Shown piece after piece: positions 9,880 through 19,596 of a DNA stretch of 64,000 nt. The notes under the pieces are model-generated. The model was not told the DNA's origin and did not search any database. It saw nothing but the letters and a program-made list of their open reading frames with translations. The stretch is from an uncultured virus (IMG/VR IMGVR_UViG_3300020447_000005) (Duplodnaviria > Heunggongvirae > Uroviricota > Caudoviricetes), in the IMG/VR virus record IMGVR_UViG_3300020447_000005; one strand, written 5' to 3'. The position numbers and the translations under genes are program-made. Each line of letters opens with the position of its first letter. Position 1 is the stretch's first letter.

Positions 9880-11352
9880 TTAAGTATGATTCTGGCTTAC
9901 ACATAGCCTTGCTGTCAACGGAAATTCCTCATCAGAGGATGCAATTCTTGAAAGAGCGGCTAGTTTGTAGATTGCATAATCTATAGCCAACTTTTCAGCG
10001 TCCTCTGACACATTAGTTTCATTAAACAAATTAACCGCAGGAATAGCCTCTCCACGTAGTGAAGAACGCATACTCCTATCTGCTACGGCTTCCTTATCTA
10101 ACGAATGACTGCTTCGACAAGAAGCAGCCAATGTTCTTTGTTTAGCAGATGCAACTTTTTCTGAAAGTGGGTAAGGATTTGCTTCTACCCGGCTTTCAAT
10201 ATTACTATCCACTAATTTAGTATAAATTTTGGGTAAACATTGCGATGCCTCTTTGACATGCTCAGTTTTATTGGCTAAACGAGCCCAATCCTTAATATGT
10301 AAAACAATCTTTTGGTCTGCCAGAGCCCCAAGACCTTCTGCACATTTTGTCGTGCCCAAAGCACCCAACGCTTCAACATCAAACGGAGGTGTATCAAAGG
10401 CCCGGTAAATCTCTTTAGCCGAGTTGCGAGAAGATCTTTCCAGCTTAGAAAGACCGTAGGCAAGTTTAACCTGAGATGCAATTTTTTCGTTCCAAATACC
10501 AGGAAAACTTTCCTGGTACATAATAACGTGCAAAGGAGCGCTATCTGACTCAGCCATCTTTATATAATCGTTCAATTCAAAAAGGCCGTTATCTGCTGCG
10601 GCTTTAGTTAAATAGTCTGCCTTGGCACCGTATGCAATACGGTCAGCGGGACGAAAAACACGGCTAATATCAAACCAAGTAGGATTAGGATTATCGACAT
10701 GCAAATGATGCATGTCCTGCCCTACTTTTATAAGTCTTGTAAGGTTTGATTGACAACCACCCGCTGCACATTTTTCAGTGGTACAATAATCGGCTCTTGT
10801 TTTTGCCTGATTACCACACCATGAACAAATATCATAAGGCACACGACACGCCATGGAAACTGCAATATCGTCTCCGCGTGCCAATTTCTCTAGCTCTTGA
10901 TCTGCAATAAAGCCGCCATTACGATCCGCAGCGCTCTTCTCTTGGTTTAAAGCAACAAGAAGCTCAACACGTTTCATGGGTTCATTGTAAGCCGCTTTTT
11001 TAATAACGCCAAAATGAGGATCACCGCGTTCAGGTTTATTCTTGTGGTTTCTAAAGAATTTAGCGAACTTTTCGAACGATTGATGATGCTTTTTGCAAGT
11101 CGCTTCTTTAAACCCGTCGCCATTTCTATTAGGACCGTAAGCTTCACTAGCGCCTAAAGCAATAAGGTGTACTGGCACTTCGTCCTTCGCAAATTTAATG
11201 TTGTCAACTTCATCAAGAAACATGTGCCCCGCAGACTTAATAAAGTTACTGCGGTCAGTGCCGATGAGACCACGACTAGAAATAGGAATAGCCATCGCAA
11301 CAGGTCGATCCCATTCCCAACCAGACGGTGATACATATTTGATCATTGACAT
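9880..11352 (-). CDS. Prohead (head maturation) serine protease, HK97/assemblin-like, with Cys-rich insert and K-x-A-rich C-terminal tail
   Basis: Motifs GPNRNGDGF, FRNH (candidate catalytic His), VSMACRVPYDICSWCG (candidate catalytic Ser) and FDISRVFRPAD. Start revised to MSMIK (AAGGA upstream). Confidence 0.7.
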   Translation of the reverse strand: MSMIKYVSPSGWEWDRPVAMAIPISSRGLIGTDRSNFIKSAGHMFLDEVDNIKFAKDEVPVHLIALGASEAYGPNRNGDGFKEATCKKHHQSFEKFAKFFRNHKNKPERGDPHFGVIKKAAYNEPMKRVELLVALNQEKSAADRNGGFIADQELEKLARGDDIAVSMACRVPYDICSWCGNQAKTRADYCTTEKCAAGGCQSNLTRLIKVGQDMHHLHVDNPNPTWFDISRVFRPADRIAYGAKADYLTKAAADNGLFELNDYIKMAESDSAPLHVIMYQESFPGIWNEKIASQVKLAYGLSKLERSSRNSAKEIYRAFDTPPFDVEALGALGTTKCAEGLGALADQKIVLHIKDWARLANKTEHVKEASQCLPKIYTKLVDSNIESRVEANPYPLSEKVASAKQRTLAASCRSSHSLDKEAVADRSMRSSLRGEAIPAVNLFNETNVSEDAEKLAIDYAIYKLAALSRIASSDEEFPLTARLCVSQNHT

Positions 11353-11377
11353 ATAAACATCCTTGTCTACTGAGCAA

Positions 11378-12415
11378 TCAATTACCGAATTGTTGCTGTA
11401 TATCCCTAATTCTATCTTGTGCGCCTTCAGTGTTCGCATACCCCTTAGCAGCAAGCCATGATGCAATTAATGCTGCCGGAATTCCCACTAAAGCCCCCTT
11501 ACCACGCATGTATTTAGGTATATTTGGCAACGATTTTGGTAGTTTATTCATTGTTCTAGCTAAAGAAGAACCCCCTGCATTTCGAGGCGCTTTGCGGGCT
11601 GCCTCTTGCAAAGCATACTGAGAAGCAGTCATAGGGCGAAATACTTCGTCAACATCCCGAAGCGATTGCATTGCCTTTAACGCGTCAGGACGTTTCGACA
11701 GTGTAACTAAATCTTTGTTATTGCCAGATTGTAATAGCGTTAAAATATCCTTCTGTGCGGCGTCGCCCACCACCCCCTTAAGCATTCCTGGAATTTGAGA
11801 CGTCTTGCCTTCAGCACTTTGCTGAGCAAGAACTTTAGCAACATTTCTCCAAGCACCAGGAGAAGTGTTCTTACCTTGAGCAGCAAGCCCCATTCCCGTT
11901 CCAACATCCGCCGCACCACCAATTCCCAGGGCAGACAAAACAGGATGATCTTTTGCAGTTTGCCCTGCCCAATGTAGCGGGGAATTAAGAAACGTAGGCT
12001 TAGCCTGTCGATCAAGATTTTGAACTTCTTCTATGTCTTTAGCTAACTCAGCAGTATTAGGTGCAGCGGGAAATATTTCATCTGAGATATTTTTACGGTC
12101 GCCTAAAAGCCCTAAACCACCGCCAAGTGCTCCACCGGCAAGAGCGCCAGTTAAAGCATCACGAAAAGGATGTTTCTTCCCGCGACGGAATAAACTAGAT
12201 CCAAGGCCTAACGTTCCGCCAACACCTGCACCTATCAGTGCCTTTTGTGCAGCAGGATTATCCTTCAACCAGTCTCCCGCTCCCTGCAAACTTGAGGACA
12301 AGTCAAAAGCAAGCTTGTCCATTGGCTTACTAAAACCATGACGCAATCCCACCTTTCGGCGGGCTAACGTTAGTGCAACGTCATCTACACTTTGATTGTT
12401 AAAGGATTGAGTCAT
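11378..12415 (-). CDS. Glycine-zipper internal virion protein candidate
   Basis: DKLA motif, then GxxxG-rich hydrophobic segments (IGAGVGGTLGLG, GALAGGALGGGLG). No Cys. Confidence 0.55.
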   Translation of the reverse strand: MTQSFNNQSVDDVALTLARRKVGLRHGFSKPMDKLAFDLSSSLQGAGDWLKDNPAAQKALIGAGVGGTLGLGSSLFRRGKKHPFRDALTGALAGGALGGGLGLLGDRKNISDEIFPAAPNTAELAKDIEEVQNLDRQAKPTFLNSPLHWAGQTAKDHPVLSALGIGGAADVGTGMGLAAQGKNTSPGAWRNVAKVLAQQSAEGKTSQIPGMLKGVVGDAAQKDILTLLQSGNNKDLVTLSKRPDALKAMQSLRDVDEVFRPMTASQYALQEAARKAPRNAGGSSLARTMNKLPKSLPNIPKYMRGKGALVGIPAALIASWLAAKGYANTEGAQDRIRDIQQQFGN

Positions 12416-13910
12416 CTGATTTCATTATATTAGATTTAGTGCCAGCAAGTGTTTTTTCAATATCGCCAATCTCTTTGACTTCAAAAGGCTCAACATTGCC
12501 AGCTAAACGTTTTGCTAGTAATGGTTGTACCGCAGCCGGTTGCTCTGCAATACGAGGAGCTAACTGAGCTAAATCGTTATACGCAGCAAGTACTTCCTCG
12601 GGGTCATGCCCGCTAATAGGATTCTCCGAATCAGACATCATCTCAGCCAACATTACTTGAGCACGAATCTTCCGTAGTTCATTCTCGTGCTCCGGAGCAC
12701 CTAGCTTGTCCTCCGTGTCTTGGACGCTACGCTGCCTTCCTTCGCCGCCAATCAAGGCTTCCATCGCAGGCTTAGCGCCACCACCAATGAGTGCCCCAGT
12801 CAAAAGACCGCCAGCCGCTTCCTTCTCCCGTTCCCAATCACGTGTAGGAGGATTATCAAACTCCTCACGTACCCACTCTTCATGAGTCTGGTCAGGGTGT
12901 ACGCCATGACAATCATGACGTGGTAGTTGGCCTGCGGGCTGATCGCCCCCTTCTTTGCCGTCAATCAAGAATGGAGAAAACTCCACATTCTCTTGGCTCG
13001 ACTGGCTGGGGGCTTGCGAAAAAGGGTGGAGGGCTTCCTTTGCGTTGTTAAAGACTTCCTCAGATACATCCAAGGCAGATTTAGTAAGGTTCAGCTCTTT
13101 CGCCGCCTCAACCGCATTACGAACGAAAGTGAACGGCTCCGCATTCATATCGATGGGAGCCTCCCAATATCGTTTCGCATCGGCAGCTCGTTTCTCCTTA
13201 GGGAATCGGTCTGAAACCACGTTCATCAAAGCTCTGCCCTGCGACCCGTAATAGGTTGCAACCGTCTTGTCCACAATATCAAAGGGAAGACGATCTTGAG
13301 CAAACTTTTTAAAGTAGTTCGACAGTATATTCAACCGAATGCCCAGGTTGTCTTTAGCTGCTGCGTGCTTACTACGTTGATCCTCGTAAGTGCGGCGAGT
13401 CATACTAAAGGTAGACCAAGCTGAGCTTGCCCGACGATCCGAATCATGACGAAATTCATGATCGCTTGCTTCTTTAACAATATCATCGTTAGCATGAATA
13501 TGATCTAAAGATGGAATATCGAGAGCAGCTAACTTCTGCTTGTCCCGCATATCCACCCACTTAGGCTCCGAAGCATAATCCTCGTGTACCGTTGTGCCCA
13601 GCGACAAGTAATGGTCATTAGCCTTTTTCTCGTCGCCACCCCAAACGGTATCGTGAATTACATCGTAGTCTGCGAGTTCAAACTCGGCCAACTTATCCAG
13701 TACAGGCGTATTAGCCTTCCACTGAGCAACTTGGCGTCCGTTATTAAACGCACTAACAGCAGCACGTGCCTGTCCAGGCAAAAGGGACAAATCACGCGAC
13801 ACCTTTACTAATGCATCATTTGGCGACATGTTATCGTCGTCCACATAACGAACTGCTTGACGTACACCGTCAACCAATTTTTGTTCGTCGTTACTATTTA
13901 GACTTGGCAT
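12399..13910 (-). CDS. Hypothetical head protein with multiple K-x-A motifs
   Basis: GGAGG SD before MPSLN. Contains EKKA, QKLA, VKEA, KKFA, EKRA and EKEA. Confidence 0.6.
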   Translation of the reverse strand: MPSLNSNDEQKLVDGVRQAVRYVDDDNMSPNDALVKVSRDLSLLPGQARAAVSAFNNGRQVAQWKANTPVLDKLAEFELADYDVIHDTVWGGDEKKANDHYLSLGTTVHEDYASEPKWVDMRDKQKLAALDIPSLDHIHANDDIVKEASDHEFRHDSDRRASSAWSTFSMTRRTYEDQRSKHAAAKDNLGIRLNILSNYFKKFAQDRLPFDIVDKTVATYYGSQGRALMNVVSDRFPKEKRAADAKRYWEAPIDMNAEPFTFVRNAVEAAKELNLTKSALDVSEEVFNNAKEALHPFSQAPSQSSQENVEFSPFLIDGKEGGDQPAGQLPRHDCHGVHPDQTHEEWVREEFDNPPTRDWEREKEAAGGLLTGALIGGGAKPAMEALIGGEGRQRSVQDTEDKLGAPEHENELRKIRAQVMLAEMMSDSENPISGHDPEEVLAAYNDLAQLAPRIAEQPAAVQPLLAKRLAGNVEPFEVKEIGDIEKTLAGTKSNIMKSDDSIL

Positions 13911-14925
13911 CATCAACCTCCGTGTCCTCACGGCTTTCTATTGTTAAACTAGCTATTTCATTAATACTACTAGGAACTTCCCCGCTCCCAATCAGTATCA
14001 ATTCTTCGTCGTTAATTTCTGCTGCGGAACTGTCTAAGTCCCCCATAACAGAACCAGCATATTGCTCCGCACCACGACGACCAACAGTCCAAGGCAATTG
14101 AGACAACATCGTAGAAACATGGCGAGTAAACGAAGATCGTCTTTCCTCACCACTCTCTGCGCCTTTTTGCAACTCTATAATCCTAGAGTGCGTAGCAAAA
14201 AGTTCCATCACGTTGTATCGATTCACCTCAAACACACCCGCTGATTGAGCACTACGACGCTGTATCGTAGCTCTCCACTGATCGTCTAACCAACTGGAAA
14301 TTTCGTCAGCATTTTGCACAACATTTCCACGACGGAACCCGCTAATCATAAAATCACATAGAATAGGTCCGCCAAAGTATGCAAAAAACTTTAAAGTCAT
14401 ATCCAAATGTGGTCGAACAACTAAAGGTGTGCCTTGCGGGACCGGTGCAGCAGCATCGTCATCGTCATCTTCGTGTTCAACGAAGCGATCAGAAGAGGGA
14501 AGCAATACATGCTTTACAATCCAATCATGATGACGAAGAAACGGAGAAACGTTGAAAAACAACTTCTCGTACCACGAAACAGTCTCTGGCAATGTTTTCA
14601 ATCTGTCTGCAATCTCTTCTACAGGCTGACTAGCTAATAACCGGGCTTCTAGCATAAACTTCACTTCGGGGTCCATATGCAAATTAGCAAATATGGAATG
14701 AGCGTAGTAAAGCCCAGGATTCTCGTCCAAAAGACTCTCTCGCCATTCTTCGCCTCGATTCCACCGAAGCATGAATGAACGAGCTTCTTTAATATGAGAA
14801 TCGTCCCGTTTAGTTGTACGTCCAGGTGTTGGAACCCTACTCACAAGACGCAAAATCCTCTCAAATCGCCAATCGGGGCGAAGAAAGGGATCGTACATCC
14901 TTACGTCCGTGTAAGTATTAGCCAT
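13894..14925 (-). CDS. Hypothetical protein
   Basis: 343-aa ORF in the structural block, preceded by a TAAAT-N6-ATTTA element. Confidence 0.65.
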   Translation of the reverse strand: MANTYTDVRMYDPFLRPDWRFERILRLVSRVPTPGRTTKRDDSHIKEARSFMLRWNRGEEWRESLLDENPGLYYAHSIFANLHMDPEVKFMLEARLLASQPVEEIADRLKTLPETVSWYEKLFFNVSPFLRHHDWIVKHVLLPSSDRFVEHEDDDDDAAAPVPQGTPLVVRPHLDMTLKFFAYFGGPILCDFMISGFRRGNVVQNADEISSWLDDQWRATIQRRSAQSAGVFEVNRYNVMELFATHSRIIELQKGAESGEERRSSFTRHVSTMLSQLPWTVGRRGAEQYAGSVMGDLDSSAAEINDEELILIGSGEVPSSINEIASLTIESREDTEVDDAKSK

Positions 14926-14933
14926 ACTACCCG

Positions 14934-14949
14934 TAAATTCTACTATTTA
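14934..14949 (-). promoter_or_regulatory. 16-bp TAAATAGTAGAATTTA element (candidate late promoter/operator)
   Basis: Identical over 18 bp to 31224-31241. Lies 8 nt upstream of the ATG at 14925. Confidence 0.6.
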
Positions 14950-15648
14950 GAATATAAACTCAACGTTGACCGTGTAAGCGACTTCAAACTTCAATCCAGT
15001 AGCGACACCTGCTGGCTGAAGATCCAACCACAATGCTGTAGCTTGAGTTCGCTTAGTAACATCCTGATTATCGTCGTTTTCGTAAACGCGATTCATATCA
15101 AAATTGGCAGATGCATTGCCTGCGGTTCCAGTGTTCCCTGACATTACTAAATGCATTGTCGGATCATGAATAGGAAACACCTTGGGATCATTATCCTGCC
15201 AATATCCGTCCGTAGCAGCACCTGCATAAGAAAAGTTAGTAGATATTAATGTACCAGCAGCATTATCGACTGACAAAATAGTATGTGGCGTGTTACCGTT
15301 AGCCGCAGAGTTATAAGCACTCGACAACCCTTTTATCCAGAGCTTATCGCCTACTTGAAGCCTATAGCCATAAGGCTCAAATTGATCATGTGTAATTGTA
15401 AATTGAGCGTCTCCGCTGTTACTCGCAACGGATGCTATTGTACCGGCATTGACATGCAAGTCATTGCCCGTAGGACACGCACCCTTGCGATTGTAAACGG
15501 TGTAATCGAAATCAACATCAGTGCCGTCTGTCTGTTTTAGTATAAGACGATCTAACGTGCCTCTTGCAGGCATCGGTAGCTCTATACAATTAGAGACACC
15601 ACCAGTAATTGACGACGCTTTAACAACACGTGAGTATGTACCAGCCAT
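14947..15648 (-). CDS. Probable virion structural protein (beta-rich)
   Basis: 233 aa, Gly/Asn/Thr-rich. LQVGDKLWIKG motif is typical of phage structural beta domains. Confidence 0.5.
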   Translation of the reverse strand: MAGTYSRVVKASSITGGVSNCIELPMPARGTLDRLILKQTDGTDVDFDYTVYNRKGACPTGNDLHVNAGTIASVASNSGDAQFTITHDQFEPYGYRLQVGDKLWIKGLSSAYNSAANGNTPHTILSVDNAAGTLISTNFSYAGAATDGYWQDNDPKVFPIHDPTMHLVMSGNTGTAGNASANFDMNRVYENDDNQDVTKRTQATALWLDLQPAGVATGLKFEVAYTVNVEFIF

Positions 15649-15651
15649 TTA

Positions 15652-18255
15652 TTAGTTCCTTGCAGATTCCTCGAGACCAAGATCCGCGCTTCCTTCAAAC
15701 GGCGATTCAATCGTTTTCTCTTTAAGGAAAAGAGTAATGTCGCCCAGTGCTTCAAAGGAGTTTCGCAGGCTGTCTTCGAGTTCCGGCATGTCAGACTTAC
15801 CGTAACGATCCTCAAACTCTTCTTGATGCCAATAAAACAAGAATAGAATTCGACCTAAACTATTAAGCGCTTTCATCAAATCGCCAAGATAACGATCTAC
15901 TAAAGAATCCTGTCGAACTGCCTTTAAGAGGCCACCAATCATGCTTGTATCGAAAACTTCTTTCTGTCCCTCTTGTGCTGCTTGCTGAGCAGTTCCCATC
16001 GTCTTCTGGAAATCTTCAGCAGTGTAATTCTGCCAAGGATCCCACACGTTAGGATCTGTATTGCCAGCCATCATTTCCGGCACAATCTCCTGAGATTCTT
16101 GCGGAGATTGCGTTAATACCGGAGTCCTGCCGCCCAATGTTTCCATACCCATTTCTGGGGGGAGACTAGCGGGTGGAGCACCTGGCCCAGGCTGTAACGT
16201 ACTAAAAGCAGATTTAACTAAATTAGCTTTATCGCCAAAGCCAGGGGCATACTGAACACGATACACAGCGCCGTGTTTTCTTTCAGCGTACTGGAGCATA
16301 TCCTTCGCAGTCTTCTCCGAAAAACCATGCGTTCTAATAAGGTTTAAAAATGCAGATTTCTTACTCAACCAATCTGTCCCTGTTGCTGAAGAGATAGAAA
16401 CATCTGAGCCATTGTCATAAATCTTTAATCGTGCGGTTTTTTCATAAAAGAGAGTTTGAATATCTTCAATATTTCCAAATTGTATAGGAGATGGATCGCT
16501 ATGATCACCGTCGCCGCAACCACAAGGAATTAGGAGACTTCCTCCGGATTCGCTGTATGGCTTTTTAAGCTGTAAAAACTTAGCCGCTCCAGGTACACGC
16601 AACTCACCGCCAATCGCACGAAGCTTAGTACCAGCTTTGCCCTCAGCATCGACGCGTAAAATTGCCCCGTAAGGACTAGGGGAAGGGTCAAAACCACCGG
16701 GATAGTTACCATTCTCTACGCGAGGCTTTTGGACAATCCTTGTTTCGTTATAGTCAGGATTATTTTGAAAATCTACCTTGTAGACTCCGTCCCCATAATT
16801 ATCACGGACGACGAAAGGAACTGTGCTGCTATGGGTAGGAACAACAGCTATATAGGTGCCGCCGTCCTTTAACGAATCAGAGTCTGAAAGACCATCAAAC
16901 CAGTCATCCCACTCAGGTCGATCACCCTCTTGGTCAGCAAAAACATTACCTTGGTAACTGTTAAGCCACGCTTTGTTATCGCCATCTTCTAGCCGTACAG
17001 CTGTTACCATATCCTGTGCCCCGTTGTTCGACAGAGGATTAACAGCTACATACATTTTGCTAAAAGAACCGGGCTTCTCTAATACCCGGTACAGATTAGT
17101 TTCGTCAGGGTTGGATAATCGCATATCCACCTGAGTGTTATAAGCCTTACTGACTTCTTTGCCTTCACGATGATCTTTGATTAAAACCGTATCATTCATT
17201 AAACGCTCACGCTCAGCATCATCAAGCTCAGGTGTGTCGTTTACAGTTACATGCTCATACACATACATACGGAGCTTGCCAGATTTAATCGGATGATCTG
17301 GACGGTCGTCAATCTCTGGAATCAAAGACTTGCTTGATTTACTATAGCTTGGCGCTTTAGGTACAGACATCTTAGGCATAACACTGTTAGCCGAGTCCGT
17401 AGCATGCTTTTTTAATTGTTGTCCCCACCGGCTAAAACAATCATCGCCGTAGAATTTAGTAAACCCTTCGGCAACCCCTGCGAACTTTTGTGATAGATCA
17501 AAAGCAGCCTTCAACAAACCGTAATGCGTCGGAATAACTTTGTTAAGATCTAACTGCTGAGAGACAGAGGCTAAAGCCGCCTGATAAGGCTGTGCAACTA
17601 AAGAATCAATTGCTAACTTAGCCTCCGGGGAGGCTTCTTTGTATAAGCTACGTGCCGATCCAGTCTTTACCGCTGCGTACAAAGGAAGGAAAGGATGAGA
17701 CCATTTGTCATACCCTGCTTTACCCAAACCGGGAGACATGGAAAGTCTGCTAATGTTGGGTGTCAAACCGCCAAGGTCAAATGCATCTTGCGAAGAACCT
17801 TCGCCAAGAACATGCGGTTTCCGAGAAATTAGATAGTTAACCCAGTTCTCTTTCATCGGCACAAAGGCATCTTTGTTCTTTAGATAGAGAAGCTCGTGCC
17901 CCTTTAAATCGCCATTGAGAAAGAACACAGGAGCGTAAAGCCATTGGTCGCCCACCTGGAAACCAAATACACCTACCGCCTTTGTGTTATCGTCATTACG
18001 GTCAACAAGCTGGAACCCAACAATATAGTCCAACAAACGAGGCGCTTTATCTTTCAAATAAGCGTAGGCTAAGCTTGAAAATGCTTGTTCAAACTCAGTT
18101 TCGTTGCTGCCCCCTACATTAGCCGCCTTAAAAAGGCCGTCATTTACGTGACGTTTTAACGCTACTTTAAGTTGGGCCGGAGATGCATCGGAACGCCAAT
18201 GCGTTCCTTGAGCATTAACTGCTTCATACCGAATGGGAGTCATAATACCATCCAT
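15652..18255 (-). CDS. Large hypothetical head protein with K-x-A motifs
   Basis: 867 aa. FKAA, YKEA, KKHA, EKTA and VKSA appear to fall at domain boundaries. Confidence 0.65.
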   Translation of the reverse strand: MDGIMTPIRYEAVNAQGTHWRSDASPAQLKVALKRHVNDGLFKAANVGGSNETEFEQAFSSLAYAYLKDKAPRLLDYIVGFQLVDRNDDNTKAVGVFGFQVGDQWLYAPVFFLNGDLKGHELLYLKNKDAFVPMKENWVNYLISRKPHVLGEGSSQDAFDLGGLTPNISRLSMSPGLGKAGYDKWSHPFLPLYAAVKTGSARSLYKEASPEAKLAIDSLVAQPYQAALASVSQQLDLNKVIPTHYGLLKAAFDLSQKFAGVAEGFTKFYGDDCFSRWGQQLKKHATDSANSVMPKMSVPKAPSYSKSSKSLIPEIDDRPDHPIKSGKLRMYVYEHVTVNDTPELDDAERERLMNDTVLIKDHREGKEVSKAYNTQVDMRLSNPDETNLYRVLEKPGSFSKMYVAVNPLSNNGAQDMVTAVRLEDGDNKAWLNSYQGNVFADQEGDRPEWDDWFDGLSDSDSLKDGGTYIAVVPTHSSTVPFVVRDNYGDGVYKVDFQNNPDYNETRIVQKPRVENGNYPGGFDPSPSPYGAILRVDAEGKAGTKLRAIGGELRVPGAAKFLQLKKPYSESGGSLLIPCGCGDGDHSDPSPIQFGNIEDIQTLFYEKTARLKIYDNGSDVSISSATGTDWLSKKSAFLNLIRTHGFSEKTAKDMLQYAERKHGAVYRVQYAPGFGDKANLVKSAFSTLQPGPGAPPASLPPEMGMETLGGRTPVLTQSPQESQEIVPEMMAGNTDPNVWDPWQNYTAEDFQKTMGTAQQAAQEGQKEVFDTSMIGGLLKAVRQDSLVDRYLGDLMKALNSLGRILFLFYWHQEEFEDRYGKSDMPELEDSLRNSFEALGDITLFLKEKTIESPFEGSADLGLEESARN

Positions 18256-18271
18256 GGACTAATCCTTGTCG

Positions 18272-19459
18272 TCAATATCCTAACTCACGTAACTGCAATT
18301 CGCGACGTCTAGTGGCGCTAGGCCCTCCCCACGGAGAACCTGAACCTCCACCAGCCATAGAACCTAATCCAGAAGCACTAAGATACCGTCGTCGATCACT
18401 AATAGTTTTCTGTAGATCAGCAGCAGAAGGACGTTCTCTGGTAAACCAACCAGTCGTTCCTCCGTACTCCCCGCTACTTAATTCACTTCTAAGTTTCTCA
18501 ATCTTTGCCTTCGCCATAGCTTTTTCTACCATACGACGACCGGCTTCGTTACCTTCGTAAGGAGTATCACTCCAAGGCCATCTACCTTCAGGAGCGTCAG
18601 GGTATGTTCCACCCTCATAATCCGCACGTGCTTTTTCTAGCTCTGACCTTTTACCCTCTTGTAATGTTTTGTAACGAGTTCTCGCCTCTGTAAGCTCTCG
18701 TTGTTTTCGAACCGCTGCTGGACCAACTGCTTGAGGAGCGTATGTCTGACGTTTAACCCCAGCGGATGATGTTGTTGTCGTAGGATCACCGTACCCCACC
18801 GGGCTTGCATCAGGATCTCCAAACGGAAGAGAGGCTAAACTCTTTACGGGACTCCCCAGTGCATTAATAGCCGCTTGTGCAGCACCGACATTAGCAGGAT
18901 TAATAGCTTGTCGTTGATAGTCTAAACCACCTCGTCGCATCCCGCCTAGTTCGTCCTTATTGTTCCAACCGCCAAATGGTAATGTGGCCAAATCTTTGGC
19001 ACCCATAACACCAGTACCAAGTGCTCCTGCTCTAGCTAATGTGGATAGTAAACCCTGACCTCGTGTTGCTTTTGGGTCAACCAAATTAGGATGTACAGAA
19101 TGAGCAGCTCGCTGCACCGCTTGCGAAGTTCTGTTTGCACCACGAACAGCAAGAGTTTTTAGCGCGTCGGATGTAGTATTAGGAATAGTTTTGCCAGTAG
19201 GAGCAAAGGACTTCACGTCTAATGCGGGTCGCTTCCACTTTGGCTTCCCTAGTATTGCTTCGCCGACAGGGCCTCTCTTTGCTTTCCATGCACCCTTAGC
19301 CCCTTCCCACGCACCCTTTGCCCCCCTACCAATAGCGCCTTTATACTTGAGTAAATCTCGCCCAACACCAAATAACGTTTGCAATCCGATTGCTTCTTTT
19401 TCTAGCATAGAATGATTATGCCGGGCGGCTTTAGCAGCTAATTTAGAGACATCTGACAT
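18272..19459 (-). CDS. Basic Gly-rich internal virion protein candidate
   Basis: Start revised to MSDVSK (AAGGA upstream). SKLA and EKEA near the N-terminus. No Cys. Confidence 0.55.
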   Translation of the reverse strand: MSDVSKLAAKAARHNHSMLEKEAIGLQTLFGVGRDLLKYKGAIGRGAKGAWEGAKGAWKAKRGPVGEAILGKPKWKRPALDVKSFAPTGKTIPNTTSDALKTLAVRGANRTSQAVQRAAHSVHPNLVDPKATRGQGLLSTLARAGALGTGVMGAKDLATLPFGGWNNKDELGGMRRGGLDYQRQAINPANVGAAQAAINALGSPVKSLASLPFGDPDASPVGYGDPTTTTSSAGVKRQTYAPQAVGPAAVRKQRELTEARTRYKTLQEGKRSELEKARADYEGGTYPDAPEGRWPWSDTPYEGNEAGRRMVEKAMAKAKIEKLRSELSSGEYGGTTGWFTRERPSAADLQKTISDRRRYLSASGLGSMAGGGSGSPWGGPSATRRRELQLRELGY

Positions 19460-19596
19460 ATTGCGCGTCCTTGCACCACTTAATCTACTGTTAATCAATA
19501 GTTGCACGGAATTTCTAGTTTATCTGTTTTATATGCTTTTTTGCAACACCACTGGGTTATTATAACGTCAAACACTATCCTACAAACATCGCAAAG

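Noticed and set aside
13891..13901. Extra TAAATAG half-sites here and at 30005-30011
   Set aside because: They lack the ATTTA arm and are explained by stop codons. The first lies downstream of the next gene's start.
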